From: Alphaproteobacteria bacterium
GTDB lineage: Bacteria > Pseudomonadota > Alphaproteobacteria > UBA7985
Assembly: GCA_965228345.1 (NCBI GenBank)
Contig: CBDDHH010000004.1
Span: 2,620 to 66,619 of the forward strand
Reading direction: 5' to 3'
Length of the DNA stretch: 64,000 bases
Below the pieces are notes generated by a model. The model had not been told where the DNA came from and searched no databases. It saw only the letters and a list, made by a program, of their open reading frames with translations. Of the stretch, positions 10,834-22,783 are shown piece by piece. Made by a program: the position numbers and the translations under genes. Numbering within the stretch: position 1 is the first letter of the stretch; each line of letters begins with the position of its first letter.

Positions 10834-12210
10834 TTGAATGCTTTTTCTCTCAGAAACTCTCGTTCTGTTGGGGTAAAATCGAGCTTTTTTACAAGTTTAG
10901 CTGAAAGGCCTGTCTTGTCCACTGCTTTCCGTAAAGACGCGAAGATATCACCTGCCACCCGCCGGGTAGGGCTGTGGTCGCGGCTGATCGGACGCACGAA
11001 CCAGAAACCACGCGATAAGGTACGTGGCTTGATTTCAGAAGTGCAGGCCTCCCTGCCCCAAGCCGATCCGTTACGCCGAGCACGCTTGCAATCCTCCATG
11101 GTGCGGACACGCTTATCGGGAAAACAAGGTCAAGAAACGGACCAGGCGGAGACCGCAATCGTGCGCGCGGAACGGGCCGCCAATCAACAGTTTGAGCAGG
11201 AACAGGCCACATCACACGTGCAGCAGGCTTTGCATCCCCAACGCACTTCGGCGCGCACCCCACAGCCTCAACCCCTGCAGCCGCGCGCTTTGCATCCCCA
11301 GCTTTCGCGATCTCTTCGCTCACCAGCGCAAGCCTCGCCTGCGCGGCAACAGGGTCCAATACCCGCGCGAGCCCCTCAGGGGCGCCAGCAGCCTGATCGA
11401 GACCGCCAATCCGTGGATCAGCACCGTGGATCTGAAGGGCAACACCCTGCAACCACGCGTCAGAGTCAAACCACCTCACAACACTTGCCACCGCAAGCGC
11501 AGCGAGCAACCAAACCGCCATCACGACTAGCCTTGACACTGCGACAAGGCCCTAGGAGTTCCGCTGAACCTTCAAACCTTAATGACAGCGCTGTGCGGGA
11601 GCAGCCGGGAGCCCCGGCGCACGCGCGGTCAGCGAACTCGCGCGCTGGAGCCCAGAGATCATCCTTGGTGCACCCTATTGCCCGAGCCAATCAACGCAAG
11701 GCCCGGTTGCGTTCATGGCCTTGGGGGATAGTGCTATTCCTCGCATTTCTTGTCGGCGGATGCGGTGGTCTCATTTGGTATGGTCCAGGATGGTATCAAA
11801 CCTTGCAACAAACTGATTTGTTCAATGACCTATTTTTCGCGCGGGACGACCAATTTAATGACGGAAGCACCTTGGAGACGATTTCCGTTCCCCCGGCTCC
11901 CGAGACCATCGTGGAGTCCGAGCTCCCAGCACCTGCGGTTCCAAACCCGCAAGCCCCCGCTCCTACAAATGCCGACACAAATCCTGATCCCAACGCGATT
12001 GAAGATCTGGTCCTTCTACTCGAACGGCGCCTCTCGCTCAACCAAGCCCTCAACGCTGAAGCGGTCGACGGTGTTTACGATGCGCAAACGCAGGCGGGCC
12101 TGCTGACCTACGCAAGATGGTTCGCCTTGAGCATCTTCGCAAACGAAGTGCGCGACGCGGGCCTGGAACCAAGCCGTGACCAGCTAGAACGTTGGTACAA
12201 CTTAATGTGA
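10834..12210 (+). CDS. Hypothetical single-pass membrane protein: long Q/P/R/S-rich region, TM helix, C-terminal peptidoglycan-binding-like motif; start uncertain
   Basis: TM WPWGIVLFLAFLVGGCGGLIWY; VDGVYDAQTQAGL resembles the PG_binding_1 DG.xG..T..A motif. Confidence 0.6.
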   Translation: MNAFSLRNSRSVGVKSSFFTSLAERPVLSTAFRKDAKISPATRRVGLWSRLIGRTNQKPRDKVRGLISEVQASLPQADPLRRARLQSSMVRTRLSGKQGQETDQAETAIVRAERAANQQFEQEQATSHVQQALHPQRTSARTPQPQPLQPRALHPQLSRSLRSPAQASPARQQGPIPARAPQGRQQPDRDRQSVDQHRGSEGQHPATTRQSQTTSQHLPPQAQRATKPPSRLALTLRQGPRSSAEPSNLNDSAVREQPGAPAHARSANSRAGAQRSSLVHPIARANQRKARLRSWPWGIVLFLAFLVGGCGGLIWYGPGWYQTLQQTDLFNDLFFARDDQFNDGSTLETISVPPAPETIVESELPAPAVPNPQAPAPTNADTNPDPNAIEDLVLLLERRLSLNQALNAEAVDGVYDAQTQAGLLTYARWFALSIFANEVRDAGLEPSRDQLERWYNLM

Positions 12211-12326
12211 TACCAGTAATACCAACGGAGAAATTAAATGACCGTTGCCCAATCGCGTTTAGTCACCGACATTATGCGCCTTGGGTCATTGGCAAGGAAG
12301 TTCCATGCCTCAGCGCACTTTTGAAG

Positions 12327-13588
12327 TGGACTCGTAACGGTTTTGTTCTGCGTGGTTGAGCACCTAAGCTCAATTACAAGGAGACAAAATCATGAGCAAA
12401 TTACACAGTGAAGACTTCAAGCGCGATGCGGTCCGCATGGCTTTAAGCAGTGGGCTGACGCGCAAGCAGTTGGCCTCTGATTTGGGTGTTGGATTTTCGA
12501 CGCTCAATGCCTGGGTTCGCAAATACCGTGCTGAGGTAGAAGGTAGCCCCTTGCCCCTGCATAATGGCGCAGTTGCGGATGCTGCTGAACTGGCCAAGGA
12601 AAACGAACGCCTTCGCATCGAGAACCGCCATCTCAAGGAGGAGAGGGAGATCTTAAAAAAGGCCACCCAGTTCTTTGCGGAGATAAGCAAATGAAGTTCG
12701 CCTACATCAGCCAGTATCAGGGTTGCCTTAGCCAGGAGCATCTATGCACCTTCTTCGGCGTCACATCACGGGGGCTGCGTGCCTGGAGGGCGCGGGGCAT
12801 GAGCCAGCATCAGCGCGCAGACCTTGTTGTTCTGGCGCATATCAGAGAGCAGCATCGCCTCTGTATGGGCACATACGGGCGGGCCCGCATGACCGAAGAG
12901 CTTAAAGAAGAGGGCTTGCGTGTAGGTGAACGTCGCGTTGGTAGGCTCATGGCCGCCAACGGCATACGTGTGGCCCGTAAGCACAAATACAAAGTTACTA
13001 CAGACAGTGCACATTCTCTGGGCGTAGCTCCCAATCTGCTGGATGGGGACTTCAGCTGCTCAGGGCCAAATCAAAAGTGGGCCTCAGATATCTCCTACAT
13101 CTGGACACAGGAAGGTTGGCTGTATCTCGCCGTCGTCATGGACCTCTACGCCCGCCGCGTCATCGGTTGGGCGGTCAGTGATCGGTTGAAAAAGGGCTTG
13201 GCGATCCGTGCCTTGGAAATGGCCATCGCCCATCGAAAACCACCAGAGGGCTGCATCCATCATAGCGACCGTGGTTCTCAATATTGTAGCCATGACTATC
13301 GCGATCTGCTCACCAAACACGGCTTCAAGGCCTCCATGAGTGGCAAGGGCAACTGCTACGACAATGCCGTTGTCGAAGCCTTCTTCAAAACCATCAAAGC
13401 CGAGCTAATATGGCGGTACATCTGGCCAACCAGGAGGTCTGCGCACCGCGCCATCTTTGACTATATCAACGGCTTCTACAATCCACGCCGACGCCACAGC
13501 GCAAACGGTGGGAAAAGCCCCCTAGCATTCGAACGCTTGGCGGCATAAAAACTGCTCAACCGCGCGGAACAAAACCGTTACGAGTCCA
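12327..13588 (+). mobile_element. IS3-family element copy 2 (OrfA 12392-12694, OrfB 12691-13548)
   Basis: Same IRs and proteins as copy 1; 3-bp TSD AAG; inserted in the IS630 3' coding region. Confidence 0.96.
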
Positions 13589-14143
13589 AAGAATTTCCTC
13601 GTATGTGTCGAATACCGATAGTGCGAGTTTGTTTGCTCGCAGATATAGCCAGACGTTTTCCATAGGGCTGAGCTCTGGCGAGTAGGGCAGCAATTTTAGG
13701 AGCGAGATATTCTGGGGTATCTCTAGTCTGTTAGCCAGATGCCAACCTGCGCAATCAAGCACAAGGATCGCATGCGCACCCTTAGCAACCGTTTTGGAGA
13801 TTTCCGCTAAGTGCAAGTTCATCGCCTCGGTGTTCACATAAGCCAAGACCAGCCCCGCAGCGACACCCCGTTCGAGACAGGCAGCCCGAAGATATAGCTC
13901 CATTGATAAGGTGTATCACGCGGGCGAGTGCCCTGAGGCGCCCAAATACGCGTCACTGTGCCCTTCTGACCTACGCGCGCCTCATCCTGAAACCAAACCT
14001 CAAGGGTTTTTTCGCGGGCGTAGTCAGGCATCATATCCGTTATGATCTTTGAGAAGTTTTTTTAGCGCCTCCTGGGCCTCTTTGTTGGTTTTGGGGTGTT
14101 CGGGCCGCACTGTCATACGCCGAAAACCCAGCTTGTCCAAGTA

Positions 14144-14261
14144 AAGACCTCTGCATAATAAACGGCGAACGCCGCAAGAATCAACATTTAGTTGTTTCTA
14201 GGACGTTTGATGCCAACATTTTGTGCTTTCGTTTTGAAGAATCGTGTTATGCAGAGGTCTT
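14144..14261. mobile_element. 118-bp MITE copy 2 (inverted relative to copy 1)
   Basis: Same IR; 5-bp TSD AAGTA; disrupts IS630 orfA. Confidence 0.9.
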
Positions 14262-14774
14262 AAGTAGGTCCCCACTGTGCGCTCACTCACCTCGATCTTC
14301 ATTTCTTGTTTGATCCGAGCTGCTAAGTCTTTGCGGCGCCAACGTACAACGCCATCGCGCTCAACCTCAGGACCAGCCTTTACCCAAGCTGCAAGTTGGT
14401 CCATCTCAGATCCTTTGATGCGGGGCTTGGCTCCTGCGCCTTTGCGATCTTCCAAACCCGCAACGCCTTCGTCATTATACCGATGGATCCAATCACGTAG
14501 CGACTGTCGGCCCATGCCGCTACTTTCTGCTGCGTACTTACGAGACACACCTTCCAAAACAAGGGTTATGGAAAGCAATCGCCCCCCAACTCGACCGTTC
14601 TTCGCCTTGCGTGACAGCGCCCGCTAATCATCGGCACTCTTGTCAAGACGGGTAAGGGGAGCCGCTGCACTCATATCATACTCCTATTCAATGATCCCTG
14701 CATCGAATCAGAATTGGATCACCTTGGGAATACCTAAAATTAAAAGTCGCTCATTCTTGCCGCTGGTATAAGGA

Positions 14775-15088
14775 TCCCAAAGTTTCGTGCCGGGTGCTCG
14801 CCGTAGCGATGCTTATTGAGGGTAGTTCTCGTAAGTTTGCAGGTGAATGCTGCGGCATAGATCGCCAAACACTTTGTGATTGGGTTCATCGCTACAATCT
14901 CGAAGGTATTCCTGGTTTATCAGATCGCATTGGAGTTGGTATCAGAACGCCTGTTTGGACTGACCAGAGCTCGATACTTCGGCACCGCTAAAACTCACGC
15001 CCAACTAGCCATGACTGCCATCGGACAAAATCTTCTCAAAGCCACCAGCAAAATCTCCCTCAACTGCCAAACCACCGCAATCGCATAA
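14775..15088 (+). pseudogene. Fused transposase remnants: IS630 orfA-like fragment then IS5 (IS1106-like) C-terminus
   Basis: RQTLCDWVHRYNLEGIPGL is paralogous to the IS630 orfA; RARYFGTAKTHAQLAMTAIGQNLLKA is an IS5-type C-terminus. Confidence 0.7.
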
Positions 15089-15177
15089 AACAAAACAAAT
15101 CAACAACCCTGTCTTCAATTAGGGGCGCGGGAGATGAAGTGTGCCCAAGAGGGGACCAAAAAATGAGTGGGAGCCTA

Positions 15178-16043
15178 GATAGTGTAGTCACGAGATGTTT
15201 GCCCACAGAGCGATACACCTGATATGGATAGCTGCCATGAATGAGGCGGCGTTTTTGGCATATGGTGTTGCGATTCCCCTCCATCGTTTGAGGTGGAGGA
15301 AGGCATTTTCAACCAGATGCCTGATTTTGTAGAGGTCTTTGTCATACTCGCGCTGATTCTTGCGGTTCTTTTTGGGCGGGATGACGGGCGTCATGCCCTG
15401 GCATTTAGCCTGGTCTAAGATGTCTTGGGTGTCGTATCCTCTATCGGCCAGCAGATAGTCAGCGCTTAATCCTTCGATAAGCTTCCCAGCTTGCGTGCAG
15501 TCAGCTCTGGCACCATGTGTAATATGCGCTCTGATCGGCAGACCAAACGCATCCACGGCCAAATGTATCTTGGTATTGAGCCCCCTTTTGTGGCGCTCAT
15601 CTCCTGATCGCCTCCTCTGGCCCCTGCGGCATGGGGATGAACCTTACAATGGCTGGCATCAATGATGAGCCATTCATAATCTGGCTCTTCAATCAGCACC
15701 TCTAGCAACTTCTCCCATACGCCCTTATCGCGCCAACGGATAAAGCGGCGGTGCGTATTGCTCCAGTGACCAAGATCAGGGGGCAAATAACGCCAAGGCG
15801 CACCCGTTCGCATGATCCAGAAGACCGCATTGATGAAAAGGCGATTATCCTTGGCCAATCCACCCCAACTGCTCTTACGGCCAGGCAAATGGGGCTCTAA
15901 CAGGCTCCAGGTTCTATCTGAGGTGTCATGGCGACGATGAGCTTGACGATGAGCTTTGGGCATAAAGACCTCCTAAGCTCATGGAATCGCAAACTTATCG
16001 CGCCATGTGAATCCCCTAAATCTTATCTCGTGACTACACTATC
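15178..16043 (-). mobile_element. IS5-family (IS427-type) element copy 1, two-ORF transposase 15466-15963 / 15188-15562
   Basis: IR GATAGTGTAGTCACGAGAT; TA duplication inside CTAG; RTGAPWR, IDASH, ADRGYD, VENAF; AAAAGGGGG shift site. Confidence 0.93.
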
Positions 16044-16972
16044 TAGCATGCAGAAGTCTTTCTATGAAAATTGGTATCAGTGAAAGACCCGCCGACAAAC
16101 GGGTGTTCCGCTAGCAAGTTCTTTAGGAATTGGGCGAACAGGCGCACCCGTCGATTGGGTGCGGCACCCGAGGGTGTGCAAAGGTAGAGCCCCAAACCTG
16201 GGAGCGGGTGGGTCGGAAGAAGACAAGCGAGTCGGCCTTCGGCCAAGTCGTCGGAGATCAAGAAATCAGGAAGCGCCGTGACGCCCCACCCCGCTAGGGC
16301 CCAGTGACGCAACTGGGTCCCTGAATTGCTGCGATGGTGGGGGGTAAGCGTGAGGCGCGTGGCACCGATTTGCAAGGTGTGCTGATGGTTGAGGCCATAG
16401 CCGAGCCAGGTGTGATGGACGAGGTCCGCGGGCGTTCTAAGGTTGGCAGCCTGGGCCAGGTAGGCTGGGCTCGCACATAGGTGCGCCTGAGTTTCCCCCA
16501 AAGATTCGGCCTCGACGCCCTCGGGCAGGGCTCGCGAGATGCGCAAGGCTGCGTCGATATTTTCGTGGCGCAGATCGACAAAACGATCGTCCAAGGCAAG
16601 GTGGAGTGTGAGGCCAGGGTGCTGATCGGCAAAGGCACGCAAGGGCGTGGACAAGAACGCGAGGCCAAAGTCGCGCGGCAAGGAGAGGGTCAGGGGCCCC
16701 TTCAGAGCCAGGCGCGCGTCGCTAAAATCAGCGTTCAAGATACCAACTTGGTGTACCAGGGTTTGTGCGCGGCCATAAAGTTCGGCCCCCCGATCCGTGA
16801 CTGCCCATTTGCCAGGCTTACGGTGGATCAGGCTGGTGTTGAAACGATCTTCTAAGAGGGTAAGACGCCGACTGACTGCTGATTTGGCAAGGCCCATGTC
16901 CCTGGCGGCCTTGCTCACGCTGCCTGCATCGACAATGCGCACAAACAACTCCAGATCTTCAAGAATGCCCAT
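16043..16972 (-). CDS. LysR-type regulator (CrgA/DmlR-like)
   Basis: N-terminal HTH GSVSKAARDMGLAKSAVSRRLTLLE; DDRFVDL..ENID; divergent from doxX. Confidence 0.93.
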   Translation of the reverse strand: MGILEDLELFVRIVDAGSVSKAARDMGLAKSAVSRRLTLLEDRFNTSLIHRKPGKWAVTDRGAELYGRAQTLVHQVGILNADFSDARLALKGPLTLSLPRDFGLAFLSTPLRAFADQHPGLTLHLALDDRFVDLRHENIDAALRISRALPEGVEAESLGETQAHLCASPAYLAQAANLRTPADLVHHTWLGYGLNHQHTLQIGATRLTLTPHHRSNSGTQLRHWALAGWGVTALPDFLISDDLAEGRLACLLPTHPLPGLGLYLCTPSGAAPNRRVRLFAQFLKNLLAEHPFVGGSFTDTNFHRKTSAC

Positions 16973-16973
16973 G

Positions 16974-17029
16974 TTCTCTAAATGAGAACGGAGGAGCGCT
17001 AATTAAAGCTCTCCTTAAAAATAAGGAGA
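16974..17029. promoter_or_regulatory. Divergent promoter region with candidate LysR-box dyads
   Basis: TTCTC-N5-GAGAA (T-N11-A) and TCTCCTTA-N4-TAAGGAGA inverted repeats. Confidence 0.45.
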
Positions 17030-17086
17030 ATGCCTAAGTTAGCGAGATCGACCTCGACACCATCCTGTTTACGAAAGGAAAATCTC

Positions 17087-17485
17087 ATGTCCTCTGCTCG
17101 TGCTTACGCTGCTCCCGTCGCGCGCCTCTTGTTGGCGCTGATCTTTATCATGGCGGGTCTCGCCAAGTTGGGTTCCGTCGACGCTACCCAAGGCTATATG
17201 GCGCTAAAGGGCGTGCCGACCGTGCTGTTTTGGCCGGCCGTCGCGTCGGAGGTCGCTGGCGGCATCCTCGTCCTGATTGGCTACCAAACGCGTATCGCGG
17301 CCCTGGGGTTGGCCTTATTCTCTGCCCTTGCCGGCCTTCTGTTTCATATCCCAGGCTCTGGGATGGAGCCCCTAGCGGCTCAAAACGAGATCAATCATCT
17401 CCTGAAGAATTTCGCTATCGCGGGTGGTTTGTTGCTGCTCGTCGTGCATGGCGCAGGCGCGTTCTCAGTGGACGAACGCAACTGA
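17087..17485 (+). CDS. DoxX-family membrane protein
   Basis: RLLLALIFIMAGLAK, GYQTR, KNFAIAGGLL, GAGAFSVD; AAGGA RBS. Confidence 0.9.
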   Translation: MSSARAYAAPVARLLLALIFIMAGLAKLGSVDATQGYMALKGVPTVLFWPAVASEVAGGILVLIGYQTRIAALGLALFSALAGLLFHIPGSGMEPLAAQNEINHLLKNFAIAGGLLLLVVHGAGAFSVDERN

Positions 17486-17517
17486 ACTAGACCCTCCAGT
17501 TACAAAGGACTTTCCCA

Positions 17518-18429
17518 ATGTCGCTCCGCCCCGTAATCGATGCCAGCACAGCCCGCGCCACCCGCGAAGGGGCGGGGGTCCATCTCCATCGGGCTTTTGG
17601 GTTCGAGGAGCCAGGTGTCCACGATCCCTTCTTGCTATTCGACGACTTTCGTAACGACGACCCTGACCTTTACCAGGCGGGTTTCCCCTGGCATCCGCAC
17701 CGCGGGATCGAGACCATTACCTATGTCTTGGCAGGGTCGGTAAGCCATGCTGATAGTTTGGGAAATCAAGGGGACTTGACTGCGGGTGATGTGCAGTGGA
17801 TGACGGCGGGCAGCGGGATCCTGCATCAAGAAATGCCCCAGGGGAACGCTGCGGGACAAATGCACGGCTTCCAGCTATGGGCCAACTTGCCCGCCGCACA
17901 CAAGATGACCGCGCCTCGTTATCAGGACGTGAGCGCCTCAGACATTCCCACCGTCACCGACGACGATGGGACGGTGGTCAAAATCATTACGGGTGAGTTT
18001 TGGGGGCGGCGGGGTCCTGTTGACGGCATCGCCGCCGATCCGTTGTATCTCGATATTTCCGTTCCTGCCCACCGACGGCGGCGGTTTCAGGTCGATACTC
18101 GCCGCAAGGCCTTCGCCTATATCTTTGCAGGTTCAGGCAAATTCACCGATGCCTCCACTCCGCGCGGCGTGCAGTTGGAGAAGCAGGTGGTGGGGCACGA
18201 GCTCACTCTCCAAGACCTGAGCGGCGACCGTACACTGGTGACCTTTGGGGGCGGCGATGAGATCGAAGTCACGACAGGCCCCCACGGTCTCCGCTTTTTG
18301 CTAGTGGCAGGTGCGCCGATTGAGGAACCCGTCGCTTGGCACGGTCCCATCGTCATGAATACGCGCGCAGAACTCATGCAGGCCTTTGCGGACCTGCGCA
18401 ATGACCAGTTCATCAAGTCACCCCTTTGA
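17518..18429 (+). CDS. Pirin-family protein
   Basis: DPFLLFD, HPHRGIETITY, WMTAGSGILHQE, GPIVMNT. Confidence 0.95.
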   Translation: MSLRPVIDASTARATREGAGVHLHRAFGFEEPGVHDPFLLFDDFRNDDPDLYQAGFPWHPHRGIETITYVLAGSVSHADSLGNQGDLTAGDVQWMTAGSGILHQEMPQGNAAGQMHGFQLWANLPAAHKMTAPRYQDVSASDIPTVTDDDGTVVKIITGEFWGRRGPVDGIAADPLYLDISVPAHRRRRFQVDTRRKAFAYIFAGSGKFTDASTPRGVQLEKQVVGHELTLQDLSGDRTLVTFGGGDEIEVTTGPHGLRFLLVAGAPIEEPVAWHGPIVMNTRAELMQAFADLRNDQFIKSPL

Positions 18430-18452
18430 CTCCAAACAAAAAGGACCAAAAC

Positions 18453-19409
18453 ATGGGACTCCTCATCAACGGTAAATGGCACGATCAGTGGTACGACACA
18501 AAGAGCACAGGCGGCCGGTTTAAGCGCATGGAGGCGCCTTTTCGTTCCTGGGTAACACCCGACGGGGCAGCGGGCCCCAGCGGCACAGCCGGGTTCAAAG
18601 CCGAACCAGGGCGTTACCACCTCTATGTTTCCTATGCCTGCCCCTGGGCGCACCGCACGCTGATTTTTCGCGCGCTCAAAGGCCTTGAATGCTTGATCGA
18701 TGTGTCGGTCGTTAACTGGCTCATGCTGGACCAAGGCTGGACCTTTGCCGATCAACCTGGGGTTATTCCCGACCCGATTTTTAACGCGCAATTCCTGCAC
18801 GAGGTTTATACCGCCGCCCAGACGAACTACACCGGCCGGGTAACTGTTCCGGTGCTCTGGGACAAGCCGACCGGCACGATCGTTTCCAACGAAAGTGCTG
18901 AGATCATCCGCATGTTCAACTCCGCCTTCGACGACGTCGGCGCGCGCGAGGGTGACTACTATCCCGAAGCCTTGCGGGCAGAGATTGAGGAGGTGAATGC
19001 GCGCGTCTATCTGACGATCAACAACGGCGTGTACCGCGCGGGCTTTGCCACGACCCAAGAAGCTTACGAAGAAGCAGTTTATCCCCTATTTGAGAGCTTG
19101 GACTGGGTTGAAAGTATGTTGGCCCAACAGCCTTTCTTGGTAGGCGGGCAGATCACGGAAGCCGATTGGCGTCTCTTCACCACACTGGTGCGGTTTGACG
19201 CCGTTTACGTCCGCCATTTTAACTGCAACATCCGCCGCCTTGTCGATTACCCACATATCAGCGCCTATATAAAGAAACTGTACGATTGGCCTGGGGTTAA
19301 GGAAACTGTGCGTTTCGACCATATAAAAGGACACTATTTTGAAAGCCACCGCATGATCAATCCCACGGGTATCGTCCCGGTCGGGCCTGAGCTGCCATTC
19401 TTGACCTAG
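18453..19409 (+). CDS. yqjG: Glutathionyl-hydroquinone reductase (omega/Xi GST)
   Basis: YHLYVSYACPWAHR, VTVPVLWD, NESAEI, NNGVY, HFNCN. Confidence 0.93.
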   Translation: MGLLINGKWHDQWYDTKSTGGRFKRMEAPFRSWVTPDGAAGPSGTAGFKAEPGRYHLYVSYACPWAHRTLIFRALKGLECLIDVSVVNWLMLDQGWTFADQPGVIPDPIFNAQFLHEVYTAAQTNYTGRVTVPVLWDKPTGTIVSNESAEIIRMFNSAFDDVGAREGDYYPEALRAEIEEVNARVYLTINNGVYRAGFATTQEAYEEAVYPLFESLDWVESMLAQQPFLVGGQITEADWRLFTTLVRFDAVYVRHFNCNIRRLVDYPHISAYIKKLYDWPGVKETVRFDHIKGHYFESHRMINPTGIVPVGPELPFLT

Positions 19410-19511
19410 ACTGTTCTGTTCCCAACAGCTCTAAGAATTAATGTTTTTTGCGATGCTGACTGGTCGTGCCAAGCGACCTCGAAAGGTACCGTTCCAAGGA
19501 AGGCGAATATC

Positions 19512-19709
19512 ATACCAGCGGCAATTATAAATGACTCTTATGATCTCTGGTATAAGGGCCGCGACTGCGGCCCCCGTAGCGGCCCCGAGATGAGCTAAGA
19601 AAGCGCCTCGGGGTATCAGCGAAGGCCCCGTCGGAGGCGAAACGCAAAGCGTTTCTGCCGTGAGACATAAAACGGCTGAAAAAGTGTCAACTTTTTTCGT
19701 CGCTGGTAT
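19512..19709. repeat. Complete modular repeat; IS110 target variant TTTATGT-CT-CACG (unoccupied)
   Basis: Left hairpin as at 5917; right hairpin with different arms but the same TGAC loop. Confidence 0.9.
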
Positions 19710-19956
19710 CAGACCAGACTTATGTTCAATTTCCTCTGTTGAGACCTCAGTAAATTCAGCGAACAACCTAAAGAAGATAACCTCTTCCTACGCCACTCCC
19801 CGGGGTCCTATCTATTGGCAAGAACCAGCTTGATGAAATCTCATTCAAGATCGCTCATGTCTGATCGTGCCATTTTTTCCTTCAAATAGTCACATTCCGT
19901 GAAACGAAACACACTCAGGGCCAAAACGGAAGAATTGTATGAATTTGCTGCCTAGT

Positions 19957-20607
19957 TCAGCTGACCGCTATCCCGCTTACCATGGGAACAAAGCGAGTCA
20001 CCCCTAATATTTTCGCCGTCACGCGATTCTCTGCTGTTCGAGTATAGATCTTTAAGGTCTGTTGGTTGTCCTGCGCGCCGACGGGGGCAATGAGGCGGCC
20101 GCCGACGGCAAGTTGCGCTAGGAGCTTCTGTGAAACTGTTTCGGGCGCACAAGTTAAAATAATGGCGTCAAACGGTGCTCCCAGCGGCCATCCAGCAAAT
20201 CCATCGGCCAAGTGCAAATCGGCGTTGTAAACTTCGAGCCCTAGTAAGCGCGCACGCGCGCCGTGATGAAGTTCGGCAATACGCTCAACGCTTGTCACGC
20301 GCTGACATAGGCGAGCGAGAACAGCGGTCTGATAGCCCGATCCTGTCCCAATCTCTAGCACACAGCTGTCTGCGGTCACAGCCAACTCCTGAGTCATCTT
20401 GGCGACTACGTAGGGCTGCGACAGGGTTTGGCCGCCAGCGAGCGGGAGGCTTTGGTTTTGATAGACGAGATGGCGATAGGAGGGGGATACAAATATCTCC
20501 CTTGGTACTCGCTCTATGGCACCCAAGACCCGGGTATCGTGAATACCATCGCGCCGCAAGGCCATGAGCAACTTGAGCACGTTTGGGGCATTGGGATTGG
20601 TCCTCAA
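19957..20607 (-). CDS. pcm: Protein-L-isoaspartate O-methyltransferase
   Basis: [32 protein letters not shown]; TTG start overlapping the serS stop is inferred. Confidence 0.93.
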   Translation of the reverse strand: MRTNPNAPNVLKLLMALRRDGIHDTRVLGAIERVPREIFVSPSYRHLVYQNQSLPLAGGQTLSQPYVVAKMTQELAVTADSCVLEIGTGSGYQTAVLARLCQRVTSVERIAELHHGARARLLGLEVYNADLHLADGFAGWPLGAPFDAIILTCAPETVSQKLLAQLAVGGRLIAPVGAQDNQQTLKIYTRTAENRVTAKILGVTRFVPMVSGIAVS

Positions 20608-21914
20608 GACCGCTGCCGTGCAGCAGGCGGATCTCCCGCAGGAGCCAGGCGGGTAATCCCGCCCATATAGGGCCAAAGCACCTCGGGCAATCTGACCGAC
20701 CCATCAGCCTGCTGATAATTTTCCATGAGCGCAACCAGAGTGCGGCCAATGGCCAAGCCGGATCCGTTGAGGGTATGAACGTGCCGCAGGTCTTTCTCAC
20801 CGCGCGTGCGGGTGCGCGCGTTCATACGGCGCGCCTGGAAGTCCCCGCAGTTAGAACAGGAACTGATTTCGCGGTAGGCCTCTTGTCCCGGCAACCAGAC
20901 CTCAAGATCGTATGTCTTGCGGGCGCTTGGGCCCATGTCGCCTGCGCTCAGCAGCATGACGCGATACGGCAAGCCCAGAGCCCTGAGGACGGACTCCGCA
21001 CACTCGGTCATCCGCTCTAGCTCCGCCGCTGACTGATCCGCGTCAACGATCGACACCATCTCTACTTTGGAAAACTGGTGCATGCGGATGAGGCCGCGCG
21101 TATCACGCCCTGCCGACCCAGCCTCCGACCTAAAACAGGACGTGAAGGCCGTGTAGCGGTGGGGCAGTGTCTCCGCAGGGACAATTTGATCAGCCGCCAA
21201 GTTGGTCAAAGAGACTTCCGCAGTGGGAATCAGGTAGTGGCCACTGGTAGTCTTAAACAAATCCTCTTCGAACTTTGGCAAATTGCCTGTGCCGTAGAGG
21301 GCGTTGGCCCGAACCAACGCGGGAGGAGAAATCTCCTGCAAGCCGTGGTCGTTGATGTGCAGATCAAGCATGAAGGCGGCGAGGGCGCGCTCTAGCTTGG
21401 CGAGGTGCCCCCGCAAGACCGCAAAACGTGCGCCCGACATGCGCGCTGCGACTTCAAAATCCAGCAAGCCGAGCGTTTCGCCAATCTCAAAATGCTGCTT
21501 GGGCTCAAACGCAAAGGTGCCTGGGGTTCCCCAACGACGGACTTCGAGGTTGTCGGTTTCGTCCGCGCCGTTGGGCACATCCTCCAGTGGCGCATTGGGC
21601 AGGCTTTCGAGCAGGGATTGAAGGTTGGCTGCATGGGCTTGTTTTTGGGCGTCTAGGTCCGCCATGGTCGCCTTTAGCTCTGCAACCCGCGTCATGGCGG
21701 CATCGGCTTCCGCCCTCTGGCCTTGCTGCTTGAGACGGCCAATGGACTTGGAAAGATCATTGCGCTCAGACTGCAGATCTTGCAGGCGCGTCTGCGCTTC
21801 GCGACGCGCCGTATCTTGCGCCAGGATCGGCGCCGACTGCGGCGCCAAACCACGCTTGGCCATGGCGGCATCGAACTGGTCAGGATGGGCGCGAATGGCG
21901 CGTATGTCGTGCAT
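20604..21914 (-). CDS. serS: Seryl-tRNA synthetase
   Basis: [42 protein letters not shown]. Confidence 0.98.
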   Translation of the reverse strand: MHDIRAIRAHPDQFDAAMAKRGLAPQSAPILAQDTARREAQTRLQDLQSERNDLSKSIGRLKQQGQRAEADAAMTRVAELKATMADLDAQKQAHAANLQSLLESLPNAPLEDVPNGADETDNLEVRRWGTPGTFAFEPKQHFEIGETLGLLDFEVAARMSGARFAVLRGHLAKLERALAAFMLDLHINDHGLQEISPPALVRANALYGTGNLPKFEEDLFKTTSGHYLIPTAEVSLTNLAADQIVPAETLPHRYTAFTSCFRSEAGSAGRDTRGLIRMHQFSKVEMVSIVDADQSAAELERMTECAESVLRALGLPYRVMLLSAGDMGPSARKTYDLEVWLPGQEAYREISSCSNCGDFQARRMNARTRTRGEKDLRHVHTLNGSGLAIGRTLVALMENYQQADGSVRLPEVLWPYMGGITRLAPAGDPPAARQRS

Positions 21915-21946
21915 GGGGCAGGTTTTAACGGCCCTAGAAAGCCAAG

Positions 21947-22783
21947 TTAAGCCCCTTTCTCCGGCGATGGTGCCCCATCCTCGTAATCAGGATCAAGGTA
22001 GGGATTGCGAGCCAGTTGGCGTCGTTCGATAAGGCGGCAGATCACAATCGACGCTTCAAAAAGACCATAAAGCGGAATGAAAAGCATGATCATGGTAATG
22101 CCATCGGGCGGCGTCAAGGTGGCCGACGCGACCATGCAGGCGACAACTGCGTAGCGGCGCTGCTTGGCCAAAACAGACGGACGCACGACCCCAGCCATGG
22201 TCAGCAAGGCCAGGGCGACGGGCAGTTGAAATGCGATGCCGAAGGCCAGGACCATACGCATGAAAAACGCCGCATACTGGTCAACCTTGGGCAAGAATTC
22301 AAAGCCGAGATTTTGGGTGAACCCGATCAAGAACCCAAAGGCCCAGGGCATGACGATGAAGTAGCACAAGCAGGCCCCGGCCATGAGTAAAAAGGGACTG
22401 GAAAGCAAAAACGGTAGCCCTGCCGACTGTTCGTTTTTGAGCAAACCCGGCGCCACAAAGCGCCAGATCTGATAAAGCACAAAGGGCAGGGTCACCAACA
22501 AGCCCGCATAAAAGGCCACCTTTAAAACCGTGAAGAGGGCTTCGGTTGGGGCGGTTGCTATGAAGGTAGAAAAGGACACCGCATCGTCAGCGTTAAGGTA
22601 ACGGGCGATGGGCCACTCGATCAAGTCCATCAGCTGCTGCTGAAACAGTAAAAAAACCACAATGGTCGCCGTCAGGACCGACCCGATAATCCACAATAGA
22701 CGCTGCCGGAGCTCACGAATATGCTCACGCAAAGGTGCCGATGAAGGGTCGGCCTTGGTTCCGACCAAGTCCTTTTGGCTCAT
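21947..22783 (-). CDS. tatC: TatC translocase
   Basis: [27 protein letters not shown]. Confidence 0.96.
   Translation of the reverse strand: MSQKDLVGTKADPSSAPLREHIRELRQRLLWIIGSVLTATIVVFLLFQQQLMDLIEWPIARYLNADDAVSFSTFIATAPTEALFTVLKVAFYAGLLVTLPFVLYQIWRFVAPGLLKNEQSAGLPFLLSSPFLLMAGACLCYFIVMPWAFGFLIGFTQNLGFEFLPKVDQYAAFFMRMVLAFGIAFQLPVALALLTMAGVVRPSVLAKQRRYAVVACMVASATLTPPDGITMIMLFIPLYGLFEASIVICRLIERRQLARNPYLDPDYEDGAPSPEKGA

Larger units (their letters stand above)
12219..14769 (-). mobile_element. IS630-family element, decayed, carrying nested IS3 and 118-bp MITE
   Basis: IRs ATACCAACGGAGAAATTAAATGAC (12219-12242) and ATACCAGCGGCAAGAATGAGCGAC (14769-14746); WFQDEARVGQKG, LVLDCAGWH, YSPELSPMENVW; nonsense codon at 14624-14626 and frameshifts. 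Confidence 0.9.

Noticed and set aside
16047-16078. Possible IS630-type end (ATACCAATTTTC...GAC, minus strand) in the lysR 3' end
   Set aside because: GAC spacing is off by two and there is no partner arm; too weak to call
18117-19058. Long antisense ORFs (also 6695, 10889, 31942, 37042, 39401, 61923, 62925)
   Set aside because: Shadows of GC-rich genes on the other strand or frame, with no motifs
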